A DNA stretch of 54,638 nucleotides from Bacteroidia bacterium. GTDB taxonomy: Bacteria > Bacteroidota > Bacteroidia > NS11-12g > UBA955. The stretch is taken from positions 1 through 54,638 of the forward strand of contig CBFHGY010000005.1 of assembly GCA_965655465.1 (NCBI GenBank), written 5' to 3'. Shown piece after piece: positions 8,432 to 18,429 of the stretch. Positions within the stretch are counted from its first letter, which is position 1. Every line of letters starts with the position of its first letter. Position numbers and translations under genes: made by a program. The notes beneath the pieces are model-generated. The model did not search any database and was not told the origin of the DNA. It saw only the letters and a program-made list of their open reading frames with translations.

Positions 8432-11053
8432 TTAGTTCTTCAATAATTTACCGGTATGTTTTGTACCATCTGCACCGATTACCTTTACGAAGTAATAGCC
8501 ATTACTTAAGCTCTCGATATTGATGTTCAATTTGTTTTCACCTTTGTTGCCGTTGTAAGTACCAGACAATACTACTTGTCCATTTAAATTCAATACGCTG
8601 TATTGACTTGCGCCTGAAACTGCAGAAGCAAATGTAATTTGTGTTTGGGACGTACTTGGATTCGGAGAAATCTTCACATTTGTAGCGCTTTTGGCTGCAA
8701 TTTTCTTGGTATTGGTCAATAAATTCTCTGTTTTGAAATATCCACGACCGTGAGTACCTGCGTAAATAGTCATACCTTCCCAAGGTCTCCATTCGTAGCC
8801 GCGCAATTCAAATACAGGCACACGCGCTAAACCATCGTTTGCTTCATCCCAAGTTGTACCACCATTTTCTGTAACCCAAATACCCAAATCAGTACCAATA
8901 ACAATACGTTTTGCATCATCTACGTCGATTACGGCATCGTATACAGGCATTGCGGGCAAGTTCCCAGTAATATTAGTAAAGGTTGGATTCTCAGCCAAAG
9001 CATCAAAAGATTGCAAAACATAAACAGTACGACCATAAGCACCTAAGGTTATTACCACATGGTTTGGATCTGCTGGATTGATACTAATTCCAGTTACAGT
9101 TCTACCGATAATTGCTGGGATATCTAATTTCTTGATTGCAATTTCCTTTGGGATATCGTTGGAACCGGGATTGGCTTCTAAGGTAAATTCTGCGTTGTTC
9201 AAATTCTCTAATCTCCACAACGCACCTGTTTTTGCAATAAATAAGTGATCACCATCTGGAGTATAATCCATTTCCACAATGCGATCGTTACCTAAATTAT
9301 TCGCAACTAAAAACCAATTTACATCCGAAGCAAAATCTGTAGGATTGATTGCGCACCATACTTGATTATTTTTTGCAAGATATAAACGCGATGTTACAGA
9401 ATCTTTTTCCCACAGGTTGTATGTGGTATAAAAATCTGATTGTACAGTTCCTGTTTGACGGTCATCCCAGAAAGTAGAAGAAGATTGACCGCTATTGGCA
9501 GAGCGCACCACACGACCGTAATAGGTAGACATGAATACAATACGAGGATCGATGCGACTAAATTCAACGTCAAAACCGTCACCACCATAAATACTAATAG
9601 CTGTTTGTGAAGGCTTTCCGTTAATTGAATTCCCACTGAAATTAATCAATTGTGTTCCATTGTCCTGAGCACCACCAACTACGTGACCCAATTCATTTGC
9701 GGCAACATTGTAGAGTTGTAAAGTTGTAAATCCGCGGTTTATGCTCGTCCACGTATTTAAATCCTTAGAAGAGTATAGACCACCGTCACAACCTACGATG
9801 CAAGTAGCTGGACTGGTACGCGTATTCCAAGTGATCAAGTGTTTGTCGGCATGCACATATTGACGATTCCAGGGAACATTGAACATGCTTGCCATCTGGC
9901 GATATCCATTAATGCTATCCCATTGTGCAAGATCTACTCCTCCTAAAATTACTTTATTTTTATCTGTTGGGAAAACACTGATACAGTTATCATACCAACC
10001 TTGACGGTTTGAACCGAAAATATCGTTTGATGAATTTCCTTGCATTAAGACGGTCCATGTTTTTCCACCATCTGTGGTACGAGAAAGATTGCCCAAACTA
10101 CCATCACCCTTCGCGCCTAAAGCATAAACGGTGTTGATATCTTGAGGAGCAACCGCTAAAGAAGTACGACCACCGGTATTGGCTCCAGTATTCATTGCGG
10201 TAAGTGCGGTTGCGTTTGCTTCCTTTTTATAAATAATTCCATTAGAAGTTGCACACCAAACGTTTGCATCTTTATCGATAACCAAGTCGCGAATTACCAA
10301 ACCGGCAATACGATTTAATTTAACCGGTGTGCTGCTGAAATCCAAATCAAACAGTCCAGATTCTGTAGCTACATAGATGATATCTTTACTTGGATGCGCA
10401 ACCATAGCATTACACTGCCAAAAACGATTATCCTTTGCAATGTCGAGTAGTGAGAAATCGGTTCCCTCATCATCGCTACTTACAAAAAGTCCAGATCCGT
10501 AAAAAGCGGGAGAACCGTTTTTGGTTCCTGCAAGGTTGGTAAATCCACCTTCACCGGTACCGTACACGATTTTTCCACTTCCGGATAATTGGGCCACACA
10601 AGTTACATTTAAATTTTCCTGCATATCATTTACAGGAGCCCAGCTTTGACCATACGTGTTTGATCGGAACAACCCACCACTAACACCTCCTGCAAACCAA
10701 ATTTCAGGTTTGCTTTGATGCATTAAGAATGCGCGAATACGCCCACCCACGTTATCGGGTCCCATACTCTGCCATTCGATTTTTTTATTAAGTCGTTTGG
10801 ATACGGACTGCATCGCGTCTGCTTGGGCAATTGCCGCAGCAACCCATTCAGGTTCTAAGGTATGGGTTTCTTCGTTCAAACGCATGCTATAGATAGACTC
10901 GATAGCGCCACGAATGCTTTGTTCTTTTTGGGTTTCCGATTCGTTGCTTTGCGCAAGGATGCCTTTGGGAGTGGTTTCATAGCTTCCCCAAAAAGCAATA
11001 CCAGCGGCTAAAGCTGCGGTAGAAAGTATAGGTAATATTCTTTTCATACTCAT
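8432..11053 (-). CDS. Secreted BNR/Asp-box beta-propeller protein with a T9SS type A C-terminal sorting domain
   Basis: N-terminal signal segment; Asp-box repeats (RSNTYGQSW, RTTDGGKTW, TENGGTTW); CTD ISPNPS...LSNGYYFVKV...TGKLLKN. Confidence 0.85.
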   Translation of the reverse strand: MSMKRILPILSTAALAAGIAFWGSYETTPKGILAQSNESETQKEQSIRGAIESIYSMRLNEETHTLEPEWVAAAIAQADAMQSVSKRLNKKIEWQSMGPDNVGGRIRAFLMHQSKPEIWFAGGVSGGLFRSNTYGQSWAPVNDMQENLNVTCVAQLSGSGKIVYGTGEGGFTNLAGTKNGSPAFYGSGLFVSSDDEGTDFSLLDIAKDNRFWQCNAMVAHPSKDIIYVATESGLFDLDFSSTPVKLNRIAGLVIRDLVIDKDANVWCATSNGIIYKKEANATALTAMNTGANTGGRTSLAVAPQDINTVYALGAKGDGSLGNLSRTTDGGKTWTVLMQGNSSNDIFGSNRQGWYDNCISVFPTDKNKVILGGVDLAQWDSINGYRQMASMFNVPWNRQYVHADKHLITWNTRTSPATCIVGCDGGLYSSKDLNTWTSINRGFTTLQLYNVAANELGHVVGGAQDNGTQLINFSGNSINGKPSQTAISIYGGDGFDVEFSRIDPRIVFMSTYYGRVVRSANSGQSSSTFWDDRQTGTVQSDFYTTYNLWEKDSVTSRLYLAKNNQVWCAINPTDFASDVNWFLVANNLGNDRIVEMDYTPDGDHLFIAKTGALWRLENLNNAEFTLEANPGSNDIPKEIAIKKLDIPAIIGRTVTGISINPADPNHVVITLGAYGRTVYVLQSFDALAENPTFTNITGNLPAMPVYDAVIDVDDAKRIVIGTDLGIWVTENGGTTWDEANDGLARVPVFELRGYEWRPWEGMTIYAGTHGRGYFKTENLLTNTKKIAAKSATNVKISPNPSTSQTQITFASAVSGASQYSVLNLNGQVVLSGTYNGNKGENKLNINIESLSNGYYFVKVIGADGTKHTGKLLKN

Positions 11054-11112
11054 AAAGACTTTTTCTAGATAGGTTTATTTATTCTGCTCGACTTGCAAAT
11101 AAAGACAAATAA

Positions 11113-11145
11113 GTGCTGTTTTCCAACGAATAGAAATCACAGCAC
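11113..11145 (-). terminator. Probable lipA terminator hairpin
   Basis: GTGCTGT/ACAGCAC inverted repeat followed on the minus strand by TTATTTGTCTTT. Confidence 0.45.
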
Positions 11146-11199
11146 CCTGCTTTTATTGCCATTTTTTATTCATAAAATCAAAAAGAATCCCAATGACTC

Positions 11200-12078
11200 T
11201 TATAAAACATGTTTTTCGGCATGATAGGAACTTCGAACTAAGGGTCCACTTTCAACAAAACGGAAGCCAAGTTCTAAGCCATACTCCTCCCAAAATTTAA
11301 ACTTATCGGGATGGATATATTCAGCAACGGGCAAATGCATTTTAGTGGGTTGCAAATATTGTCCTAATGTTAACACATCGCAACCATGTTCGCGTAAATC
11401 ATTTATAAGTTTTTTTACTTGGTCATCGGTTTCACCGCACCCTAACATGGCCCCACTTTTAGTTCTGCGACCGTATTCTTTGGTCCTTTTAATTTGTTCC
11501 AAACTTCGAAAATATTTGGCTTGGGGTCTTACCAATCGATACAATTCCTCTACCGTTTCCATATTGTGCGAAACCACTTCCGGTTTCGAATCCAATACCA
11601 AATAAAGCAGATCCCATTGAGCCTTAAAATCGGGAATCAATGTTTCGATGGTCGTTTCGGGCGAATGTTGTTTTACTTGTTTAATGGTTTCAGCCCAAAC
11701 CGTAGCTCCTTTATCTTTTAGTTCGTCTCTATTTACAGAGGTAATTACACAATGTTTAACTCCCATCAATTTTACCGCCTCTGCTACGCGAGCAGGCTCA
11801 TCAAGGTCGTATTCGCCGGGACGTCCAGTTGCCACCGCGCAAAAGGAACAACTTCGAGTACACACATTTCCGAGAATCATGAAAGTGGCAGTTCCTGCAC
11901 CCCAGCATTCTCCCATATTAGGACATCTGCCATCTTCACAAATAGTATGAAGTTTATGTTCTTTAACAATGCGTTTTACACGGGTATAATTTTCTCCAAA
12001 AGGAATATCAATTTTAAGCCATTTTGGCTTGGTAGGTCCTTTGGGGGATTCTTTTTTTACTACGGGAAGTTCTATCAC
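11200..12078 (-). CDS. lipA: Lipoyl synthase
   Basis: [13 protein letters not shown] and CTRSCSFC cluster motifs, C-terminal PLVRSSYHA; GTG start (MIELPVV) preferred, TTG 12144 is an alternative. Confidence 0.96.
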   Translation of the reverse strand: MIELPVVKKESPKGPTKPKWLKIDIPFGENYTRVKRIVKEHKLHTICEDGRCPNMGECWGAGTATFMILGNVCTRSCSFCAVATGRPGEYDLDEPARVAEAVKLMGVKHCVITSVNRDELKDKGATVWAETIKQVKQHSPETTIETLIPDFKAQWDLLYLVLDSKPEVVSHNMETVEELYRLVRPQAKYFRSLEQIKRTKEYGRRTKSGAMLGCGETDDQVKKLINDLREHGCDVLTLGQYLQPTKMHLPVAEYIHPDKFKFWEEYGLELGFRFVESGPLVRSSYHAEKHVL

Positions 12079-12130
12079 GTTTGTATTTTTTATAGATAAT
12101 AAGAATGTAAATGTTAGGACAAAGTCAACT

Positions 12131-12856
12131 TCATTCGTTTCCAAATCCTATCGCAAAGTTAATAAATAGCGCGGGAAGGTTTTGAGGATTTACATTTATT
12201 GCATTCAAAAGCGGCAATTCTTGAACAAAAAAATCATTCATAAAACCAATACTTAGGGTATTGCTTATGTTGCGATAGTTCCCCCACTCCATGCTGATTG
12301 CCGCAGAGACCCCTATGCCGGGAATAATTTTACCCTCTGATATGCCTCTTGTATAAGACGATTCCCCACCAATAAATTGCACATCGTGTACTTCAGGATT
12401 GTATCGAACTTCTTCTACCGCGTCAAAAGGCAAATTTGAGCGGTACACCCAAACATAGATTGGCCAAGCATAAGCAAAAGGGATGTGTGCTCCCATTTGC
12501 AGGGAAAGGCCTACATCAAAGCGGGAACGACGTTCGGAAAGCATCCAAGATCGGGCATAATAAGGTCTAAATACCCAAATTCTATTGATTTTATCCATTA
12601 CAAAGGGTTCACTAGCGGGCAAGGTTTGATTTACCACCAAAATTTCCTTTGGGTGCAAAATATTCCCCATCCTCAATCCAAACGTTTCTGTAATTTGATC
12701 GGGCTCCCAAGTGGTTTTTATTCCCACTCCTGCATCGAATCCATAATTACGTATTTGCGCATCTACCACAAAAGATCGCACAATCTGCGCGTTTATCCCA
12801 CCGAAATTACTCAGAAAAAGCATCAAAAGCAGTCGATAAATGGTGGATAAGGACAC
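12131..12856 (-). CDS. Hypothetical exported protein, possibly an outer-membrane beta-barrel
   Basis: Signal-peptide-like N-terminus; alternating hydrophobic beta-strand pattern; C-terminal FINFAIGF. Confidence 0.6.
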   Translation of the reverse strand: MSLSTIYRLLLMLFLSNFGGINAQIVRSFVVDAQIRNYGFDAGVGIKTTWEPDQITETFGLRMGNILHPKEILVVNQTLPASEPFVMDKINRIWVFRPYYARSWMLSERRSRFDVGLSLQMGAHIPFAYAWPIYVWVYRSNLPFDAVEEVRYNPEVHDVQFIGGESSYTRGISEGKIIPGIGVSAAISMEWGNYRNISNTLSIGFMNDFFVQELPLLNAINVNPQNLPALFINFAIGFGNE

Positions 12857-12945
12857 GTATCAAATATAAGGATAAATTTTCCTGATTGTAACATTACTGA
12901 TTTTGCGAAAAATCAACCCACTTTCTCCCACAAGCTTGAAAACGC

Positions 12946-12975
12946 TTGCAAATAAGGGAATCTGCCTTATATTTG
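12946..12975 (+). promoter_or_regulatory. Probable dcw operon promoter (TTG-N19-TATATTTG)
   Basis: Exact TAnnTTTG at 12968-12975 with TTG at 12946-12948, matching Bacteroidota -33/-7 geometry. Confidence 0.7.
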
Positions 12976-13027
12976 TGGCCTGCAGAATGCCATCTAAATC
13001 ACCAAAACCAAAGAAAAACCCAGTATT

Positions 13028-13083
13028 GTGGGGGCTTGTGGATAACTGGTGGTTAATTTTGGGAGAATGTGGGAAATAGTGGG
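13028..13083 (+). promoter_or_regulatory. Array of MraZ-binding direct repeats (six GTGG/TTGG boxes, about 10-bp period)
   Basis: Boxes start at 13028, 13038, 13049, 13059, 13069 and 13079, between the promoter and the mraZ start. Confidence 0.8.
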
Positions 13084-13122
13084 AAAATCTGTAGTTATTT
13101 AGCAGATGAAACCAACACACGT

Positions 13123-13587
13123 ATGTCTGGACTGATTGGAGAATATTATTGCAAGCTGGACGCCAAGGGGCGCTTGTCCCTTCCATCGCGTTTACGCACT
13201 CAAATTCCTGAGGCGGCTGGCAATGTACTCGTAATCAACCGGGGATTCGAAAAGTGCTTGGTGTTGTACACCAAAGAAGACTGGCTCAAGGAAACCGAAA
13301 AACTCAATGCTGTTGACGATTTTATGAGTCCGGAAATTCGTAGATTCAAACGTATTTTCACCAATGGTGCCAACTTGCTACCGATTGATAACGCACAGCG
13401 AATCTTGCTTCCCAAAAAACTCATGGAATATGCAGGACTCGACGACGAAATCGTTTTAAGCGCATTTGGCAACAAAGTAGAAATATGGAGTAAAGAATTA
13501 TACGAATCCGAATTGGATGTGGAATCAAACGAGCTAAGCGAATTGGCCCGCAACTTTCACAACCAAAAGAAAGCTTTAGGCGAATAA
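13123..13587 (+). CDS. mraZ: Division/cell wall transcriptional repressor MraZ
   Basis: GEYYCKLDAKGRLSLP, NRGFEKCL, DNAQRILLP, EIWS; start moved to ATG 13123. Confidence 0.95.
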   Translation: MSGLIGEYYCKLDAKGRLSLPSRLRTQIPEAAGNVLVINRGFEKCLVLYTKEDWLKETEKLNAVDDFMSPEIRRFKRIFTNGANLLPIDNAQRILLPKKLMEYAGLDDEIVLSAFGNKVEIWSKELYESELDVESNELSELARNFHNQKKALGE

Positions 13588-13621
13588 CACCCACCCTCGT
13601 GTTGGTCTCAATGTTAAAACC

Positions 13622-14536
13622 ATGGAGACTTCATACCACATACCCGTTTTATTTCAAGAAAGTCTTGACGCTTTGGTATTAAACCCATCCGGGATATATG
13701 CCGACCTTACTTTCGGAGGTGGTGGACATTCCCGTGGGATTCTTGATCGTTTGAACGCCGAGGGTCGCCTGATTTCCTTCGATAAGGATACCGATGCCTA
13801 TCAAAATCATATTAACGATCCGCGCTTCACCTTAGTTCAGCACAATTTTAGATACCTCAAACAATACCTTTTATATATGGGTATTCCTAAACTCGACGGA
13901 ATTTTGGGCGACTTAGGAATTTCTTCACACCAAATCAATACCGATCAACGGGGATTTGCACATCGCTTTGATGGCCCGCTCGACATGCGAATGGATCCTG
14001 AAAGCCCCCTCCGTGCCTCGGATATCTTAGATACCTATTCCGAAAAGGAATTGCTGCGGGTATTTAATGAATATGGTGAAATTAAAAACGCCTATAAATT
14101 GGTTCAAAATATTTTACCTCAACAGCGCATGGGGCGATTTAACACTGTTGCACTTTTCAAACAGTCTATTTCGTCGTTAATTCCACAAAAAGACCCTTCG
14201 AAATACCTTTCTCAAGTATTTCAAGCCTTGCGCATCGAAGTAAATCAAGAAATGACGGATTTACGCACCCTCTTAGAGGATGCCGCTGATGTAGTAAAGG
14301 AAGGTGGTAGATTGGTAGTGATATCCTACCACTCTTTAGAGGACCGTTTGGTAAAAAACGTGCTTTTGAACGGCCAATTACAAGGCAAAGTACATGCAGA
14401 TGTATTTGGTCGTGTAAGTCTTCCCTTTAAAGCCGAACCGCATAAAGCCATTATTCCCACCGAAGAAGAAATTTTACGTAACCCCCGTTCACGCAGCGCC
14501 AAAATGCGTGTGGGAATTAGAACCGCTAATCCATGA
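13622..14536 (+). CDS. rsmH: 16S rRNA m4C1402 methyltransferase RsmH
   Basis: YHIPVL, DLTFGGGGHS, DLGISSHQ, SYHSLEDRLVK, NPRSRSAKMR. Confidence 0.96.
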   Translation: METSYHIPVLFQESLDALVLNPSGIYADLTFGGGGHSRGILDRLNAEGRLISFDKDTDAYQNHINDPRFTLVQHNFRYLKQYLLYMGIPKLDGILGDLGISSHQINTDQRGFAHRFDGPLDMRMDPESPLRASDILDTYSEKELLRVFNEYGEIKNAYKLVQNILPQQRMGRFNTVALFKQSISSLIPQKDPSKYLSQVFQALRIEVNQEMTDLRTLLEDAADVVKEGGRLVVISYHSLEDRLVKNVLLNGQLQGKVHADVFGRVSLPFKAEPHKAIIPTEEEILRNPRSRSAKMRVGIRTANP

Positions 14537-14868
14537 GCACAGAAAAACAAGAACACGACAACGCCCAAGAGCCAAAAAACACTACTTCATTCTTTGAAGG
14601 ATTGGACACTTGGCGCATAATCAAATGGGTATTAATCGCATTCCCAGTTTTGGTATTCTATATCTATAATTCCTTACACACCGCAAAAGCGATAAAAAAG
14701 AAGAATGAATTGAGTGCGAGTTTAAAAGAACTGCATTCTGAACGCATCAGTCTCGAAAGCGAAATCACCCAAGCAAGCAAACAAACCCGCCTAGCTGAGC
14801 AATTAGAATCCAAGGGATTGAAAGAAATCAGCACCCCGCCTAAAAAAATCATCCGTGACCGAAAATAA
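14533..14868 (+). CDS. ftsL: FtsL-like cell division protein
   Basis: Lies between rsmH and ftsI; one TM helix followed by a leucine-rich coiled coil. Confidence 0.75.
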   Translation: MSTEKQEHDNAQEPKNTTSFFEGLDTWRIIKWVLIAFPVLVFYIYNSLHTAKAIKKKNELSASLKELHSERISLESEITQASKQTRLAEQLESKGLKEISTPPKKIIRDRK

Positions 14869-16975
14869 GATCAATACACGCAAAGAAATCCTTAATCGCG
14901 CCCGCATCATTTTTGCGCTGGTAGCGCTTTTTGGTATTTTCATCGCGGTTTCCATATTCCGTTTGCAAAATGGCATGGCAACGGATTTTAATATCAAAGA
15001 AGAACGGAAAAACACACGCACAACTACCGTTTCTGGTATACGTGGCAATATCTATGATGCTGAGGGTGGACTGTTAGCCACTTCAGTACCCACGTACGAT
15101 ATCATGTGGGATTCTCGTATTAACGCCCTAACTGACGCGCATTTCAATGAAAAACTTGATTCTTTATCGTTTCTCTTAGGGAAAAATTTCAAGCAACGTA
15201 CTGCGATAGAATGGCGCAATAAACTAATCAATTTGCGTAAAATAGGCCACCGTTACTACACCCTTTTATCGGATGTTTCTTTCGATAAAGTGCGGGAAAT
15301 GAAGAGATCCTGGCCCTTAATTCGTGAGGATAAATACAAAGGCGGATTTTGGTCTATTGAAAAGGGGAAGCGCATGTATTTTATGGGAGAGATGGCCAAA
15401 CGCGCTATAGGCTATACTCGTAATGGCGTAAATGTTGGTTTGGAAGGCGCTTTTGACAGCCTGCTAAAAGGACAAACCGTTGACGTTTTGTTGCAACGAC
15501 TGCCCGGAAACATTTGGAGACCTGTAAAAGTTGGATCAGGATTTGAAGCAGAAAATGGGAAGGACATCGTAACTACTTTAGATACGCGCTTTCAAGACAT
15601 CACTCAACATGCACTAAACAAAGCATTAAAACAGCACGGTGCCGATCACGGGTGTGCCATCGTAATGGAAGTTGAAACCGGGCAAATTAAAGCCATGGCG
15701 AATTTGAAACGGGGTAAAGATGGAAATTATTACGAATCGATGAATTACGCGGTAGATCAATTTATGGAACCTGGATCTACCTTTAAAATCATTTCTGCCA
15801 TGGCCTTGTTGGAAGATGATGAAATCAGTTTAACGGATTCCATTCCAACGCATAAAGGAAAAATCAAGTTTTACGATACAGAGTTCAAAGACGACGAACA
15901 CAACAAGAGCATCCCCAATGCCTATACCCTTCAAGAATGCATCGAACAATCTAGCAATGTGGGTATTAGCCAATTTGTACATAATGCCTATAAAAACAAT
16001 CCCAAGAAATTCTTAAGTCATTTGGAGCGATTGGGATTGAGTTTAAAACCCAATTTTGACATCCCTAGTTCGAATCATCCTGTAATTCTAGATCCTAGTC
16101 ACCCCTTGTGGTCGGGTGTTACCTTACCTTCTATGAGCATCGGATATGCAACTCGATTGTCACCTTTACAGATGCTAAGTGTTTACAATTCAATTGCAAA
16201 TAATGGCACCTTAATGAATCCGTATTTAGTAAAGGAAATCCGACAAAACGGCAAGGTTTTGACCAAGATCTCCCCAAAAATAATCCAAAAAAAGATTTGC
16301 AGTAAATCTACGAATGAAGCCCTAAAAGACATGTTACGCGGTGTGGTATTGCGCGGAACCGCTCAAAAAATATTCAAGGAAAGTTTGGTAGAAGTTTCGG
16401 GAAAAACGGGAACAGCCCGGATTATCAATTCCAATGGACGCGGATACTCAAACAAACACATGGCTTCTTTTGTGGGGTATTTCCCAGCAAACAAGCCTAC
16501 GTATAGCATTATCGTGGTCGTGAACGAACCCTCAAGCGGAGATATTTATGGGGCAAGTGTAGCCGCACCGGTATTTAAAGATATTGCCAATAAAATTTAC
16601 AGTGCACATATAAAAATCCAGCCAGAGCTTATCGCACAAGTGAAACGAAGCAATCCCAATATTTTAAATTCAGAGACTCAAAAAATAATTGAAAATTTAG
16701 AATCCTTAGAAATACCATACACCTGTTCGGATGAAACTGCCCGATTGTCTAGCGCAAGACTTAAAGATGGCACTATTCAATTAACCGCTCTTCCTATAAA
16801 AAATGGAGTTGTGCCAGACTTCAGGAAAATGGGTGCAAGACAGGCCATGATTCTGGCTTCAAAATTGGGACTGCGTGCCAATATCTCCGGATTCGGCCAG
16901 GTTCATATGCAAAGTATTAAACCCGGCACTCGCATTCACAATCGTTTAAACTTAACGCTATACCTAAAACCGTGA
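14855..16975 (+). CDS. ftsI: Penicillin-binding protein 3 / FtsI with a C-terminal PASTA domain
   Basis: RGNIYD, SxxK (STFK), SxN (SSN), KTGT, PASTA-like VPDFRKMGARQA; GTG start. Confidence 0.93.
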   Translation: MTENKINTRKEILNRARIIFALVALFGIFIAVSIFRLQNGMATDFNIKEERKNTRTTTVSGIRGNIYDAEGGLLATSVPTYDIMWDSRINALTDAHFNEKLDSLSFLLGKNFKQRTAIEWRNKLINLRKIGHRYYTLLSDVSFDKVREMKRSWPLIREDKYKGGFWSIEKGKRMYFMGEMAKRAIGYTRNGVNVGLEGAFDSLLKGQTVDVLLQRLPGNIWRPVKVGSGFEAENGKDIVTTLDTRFQDITQHALNKALKQHGADHGCAIVMEVETGQIKAMANLKRGKDGNYYESMNYAVDQFMEPGSTFKIISAMALLEDDEISLTDSIPTHKGKIKFYDTEFKDDEHNKSIPNAYTLQECIEQSSNVGISQFVHNAYKNNPKKFLSHLERLGLSLKPNFDIPSSNHPVILDPSHPLWSGVTLPSMSIGYATRLSPLQMLSVYNSIANNGTLMNPYLVKEIRQNGKVLTKISPKIIQKKICSKSTNEALKDMLRGVVLRGTAQKIFKESLVEVSGKTGTARIINSNGRGYSNKHMASFVGYFPANKPTYSIIVVVNEPSSGDIYGASVAAPVFKDIANKIYSAHIKIQPELIAQVKRSNPNILNSETQKIIENLESLEIPYTCSDETARLSSARLKDGTIQLTALPIKNGVVPDFRKMGARQAMILASKLGLRANISGFGQVHMQSIKPGTRIHNRLNLTLYLKP

Positions 16976-18429
16976 ATTCTTTAAAAAACATCCTCGCCGA
17001 CTTAAATTTAAGCCATACGGGAAATCCGGATGTGGTATTAAATGATATCTGCATTGATAGCCGGAAGGTACAGACCGGAAGCTTGTATGTGGCCATCAAA
17101 GGTACACAAGTAGACGGTCATGCATTTATCGATGCCGCTATTGAAGTTGGAGCTGTGGCCATTCTTCACGAATCAGCCATTGCCCAGAAAATAGAGGGTA
17201 TTTGCTATGTGCAAAGTGATGATGTACCCGAGACTTTGGGTGCAATTTTATATGTGTTTAACGATCGCTGTCTTGATGATTTAATTATCATTGGAACTAC
17301 GGGAACCAATGGTAAAACTACCGTTAGCACCTTACTTTTCGACTTATTTACACAATTAGGGTATAAATGCGGATTAATCAGCACCGTAAGTTTTAAGATT
17401 GCCGAAGCAACCTTTACAAGTACGCATACCACCCCTGATGCAGTATCCTTACATGATTTATTTAAGAAGATGCATGAAGCCGGCTGCACGCATGTGTTTA
17501 TGGAAGTGAGCTCGCATGCCATTCACCAAAAACGCATTGCGGGCATTCCCTTTACGGGAGGGATTTTTACCAATATTTCTCACGACCACCTAGATTATCA
17601 TGGAAGTTTTGAAAATTACATCAAGGCGAAGAAAATGTTCTTCGACCAATTGGGTCCTAATGCCTTTAGCTTAACAAATAAAGACGATCGCAATGGATTG
17701 GTAATGTTACAAAACACCCGATCCACACGATATACCTATGGATTAAATGGAACCGCAGATTTCAATGCAAAAATTTGGGAAAGCGACTTCAGTGGCATGC
17801 ATTTGCGTTTATCGGAGAAAGATCTTTGGTCTCCCTTAGTTGGCAAATTTAACGCGTATAATATGCTTGCTGTTTACGCCGCGGCGACTCTAATTACAGA
17901 AGGAAATGAAGAATTGGAGGTTGCCATGAGTGGATTGGGCCGTGTATCCGGTCGATTTGAAACCTTAAATGGACCTGGAAACAGAACTGTTATCGTTGAT
18001 TATGCCCATACGCCTGACGCGCTAGACAACGTAATTAAAACCATTAAAGAAATCCAAAAATCAGCCTCACAGCTTATAACTGTTGTGGGATGTGGTGGAA
18101 ATCGCGATACTGAAAAACGACCTGAAATGGGGCGTATTGCTAGTGCACAAAGTCAGCGTTGCATTTTCACAAGTGACAATCCTCGTAACGAAGATCCGAT
18201 CCGCATAATAGAGGCTATGTATACAGGGGTTTCCCCAGTCGATGCTCGTAAAGTACTAAAAATAACCGATCGTGGCGAAGCCATTAAAACTGCCATTGCC
18301 CTATCATATCCCGGGGATGTTATTCTTATCGCTGGCAAAGGCCATGAAACCTATCAAGAAACCCAAGGAGTTCGCACAGATTTCGACGATCGCATTTGGG
18401 CCCAAAACGCATTAAACGATATTTTATAA
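16972..18429 (+). CDS. murE: UDP-MurNAc-dipeptide--diaminopimelate ligase MurE
   Basis: GTTGTNGKTT, MEVSSH, DYAHTPD, DNPR (meso-DAP recognition motif), AGKGHE. Confidence 0.96.
   Translation: MNSLKNILADLNLSHTGNPDVVLNDICIDSRKVQTGSLYVAIKGTQVDGHAFIDAAIEVGAVAILHESAIAQKIEGICYVQSDDVPETLGAILYVFNDRCLDDLIIIGTTGTNGKTTVSTLLFDLFTQLGYKCGLISTVSFKIAEATFTSTHTTPDAVSLHDLFKKMHEAGCTHVFMEVSSHAIHQKRIAGIPFTGGIFTNISHDHLDYHGSFENYIKAKKMFFDQLGPNAFSLTNKDDRNGLVMLQNTRSTRYTYGLNGTADFNAKIWESDFSGMHLRLSEKDLWSPLVGKFNAYNMLAVYAAATLITEGNEELEVAMSGLGRVSGRFETLNGPGNRTVIVDYAHTPDALDNVIKTIKEIQKSASQLITVVGCGGNRDTEKRPEMGRIASAQSQRCIFTSDNPRNEDPIRIIEAMYTGVSPVDARKVLKITDRGEAIKTAIALSYPGDVILIAGKGHETYQETQGVRTDFDDRIWAQNALNDIL

Noticed and set aside
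12842-13045. Possible oriC suggested by the DnaA boxes
   Set aside because: Only one perfect and one imperfect box, the latter inside a coding region; no box cluster or evident unwinding element.
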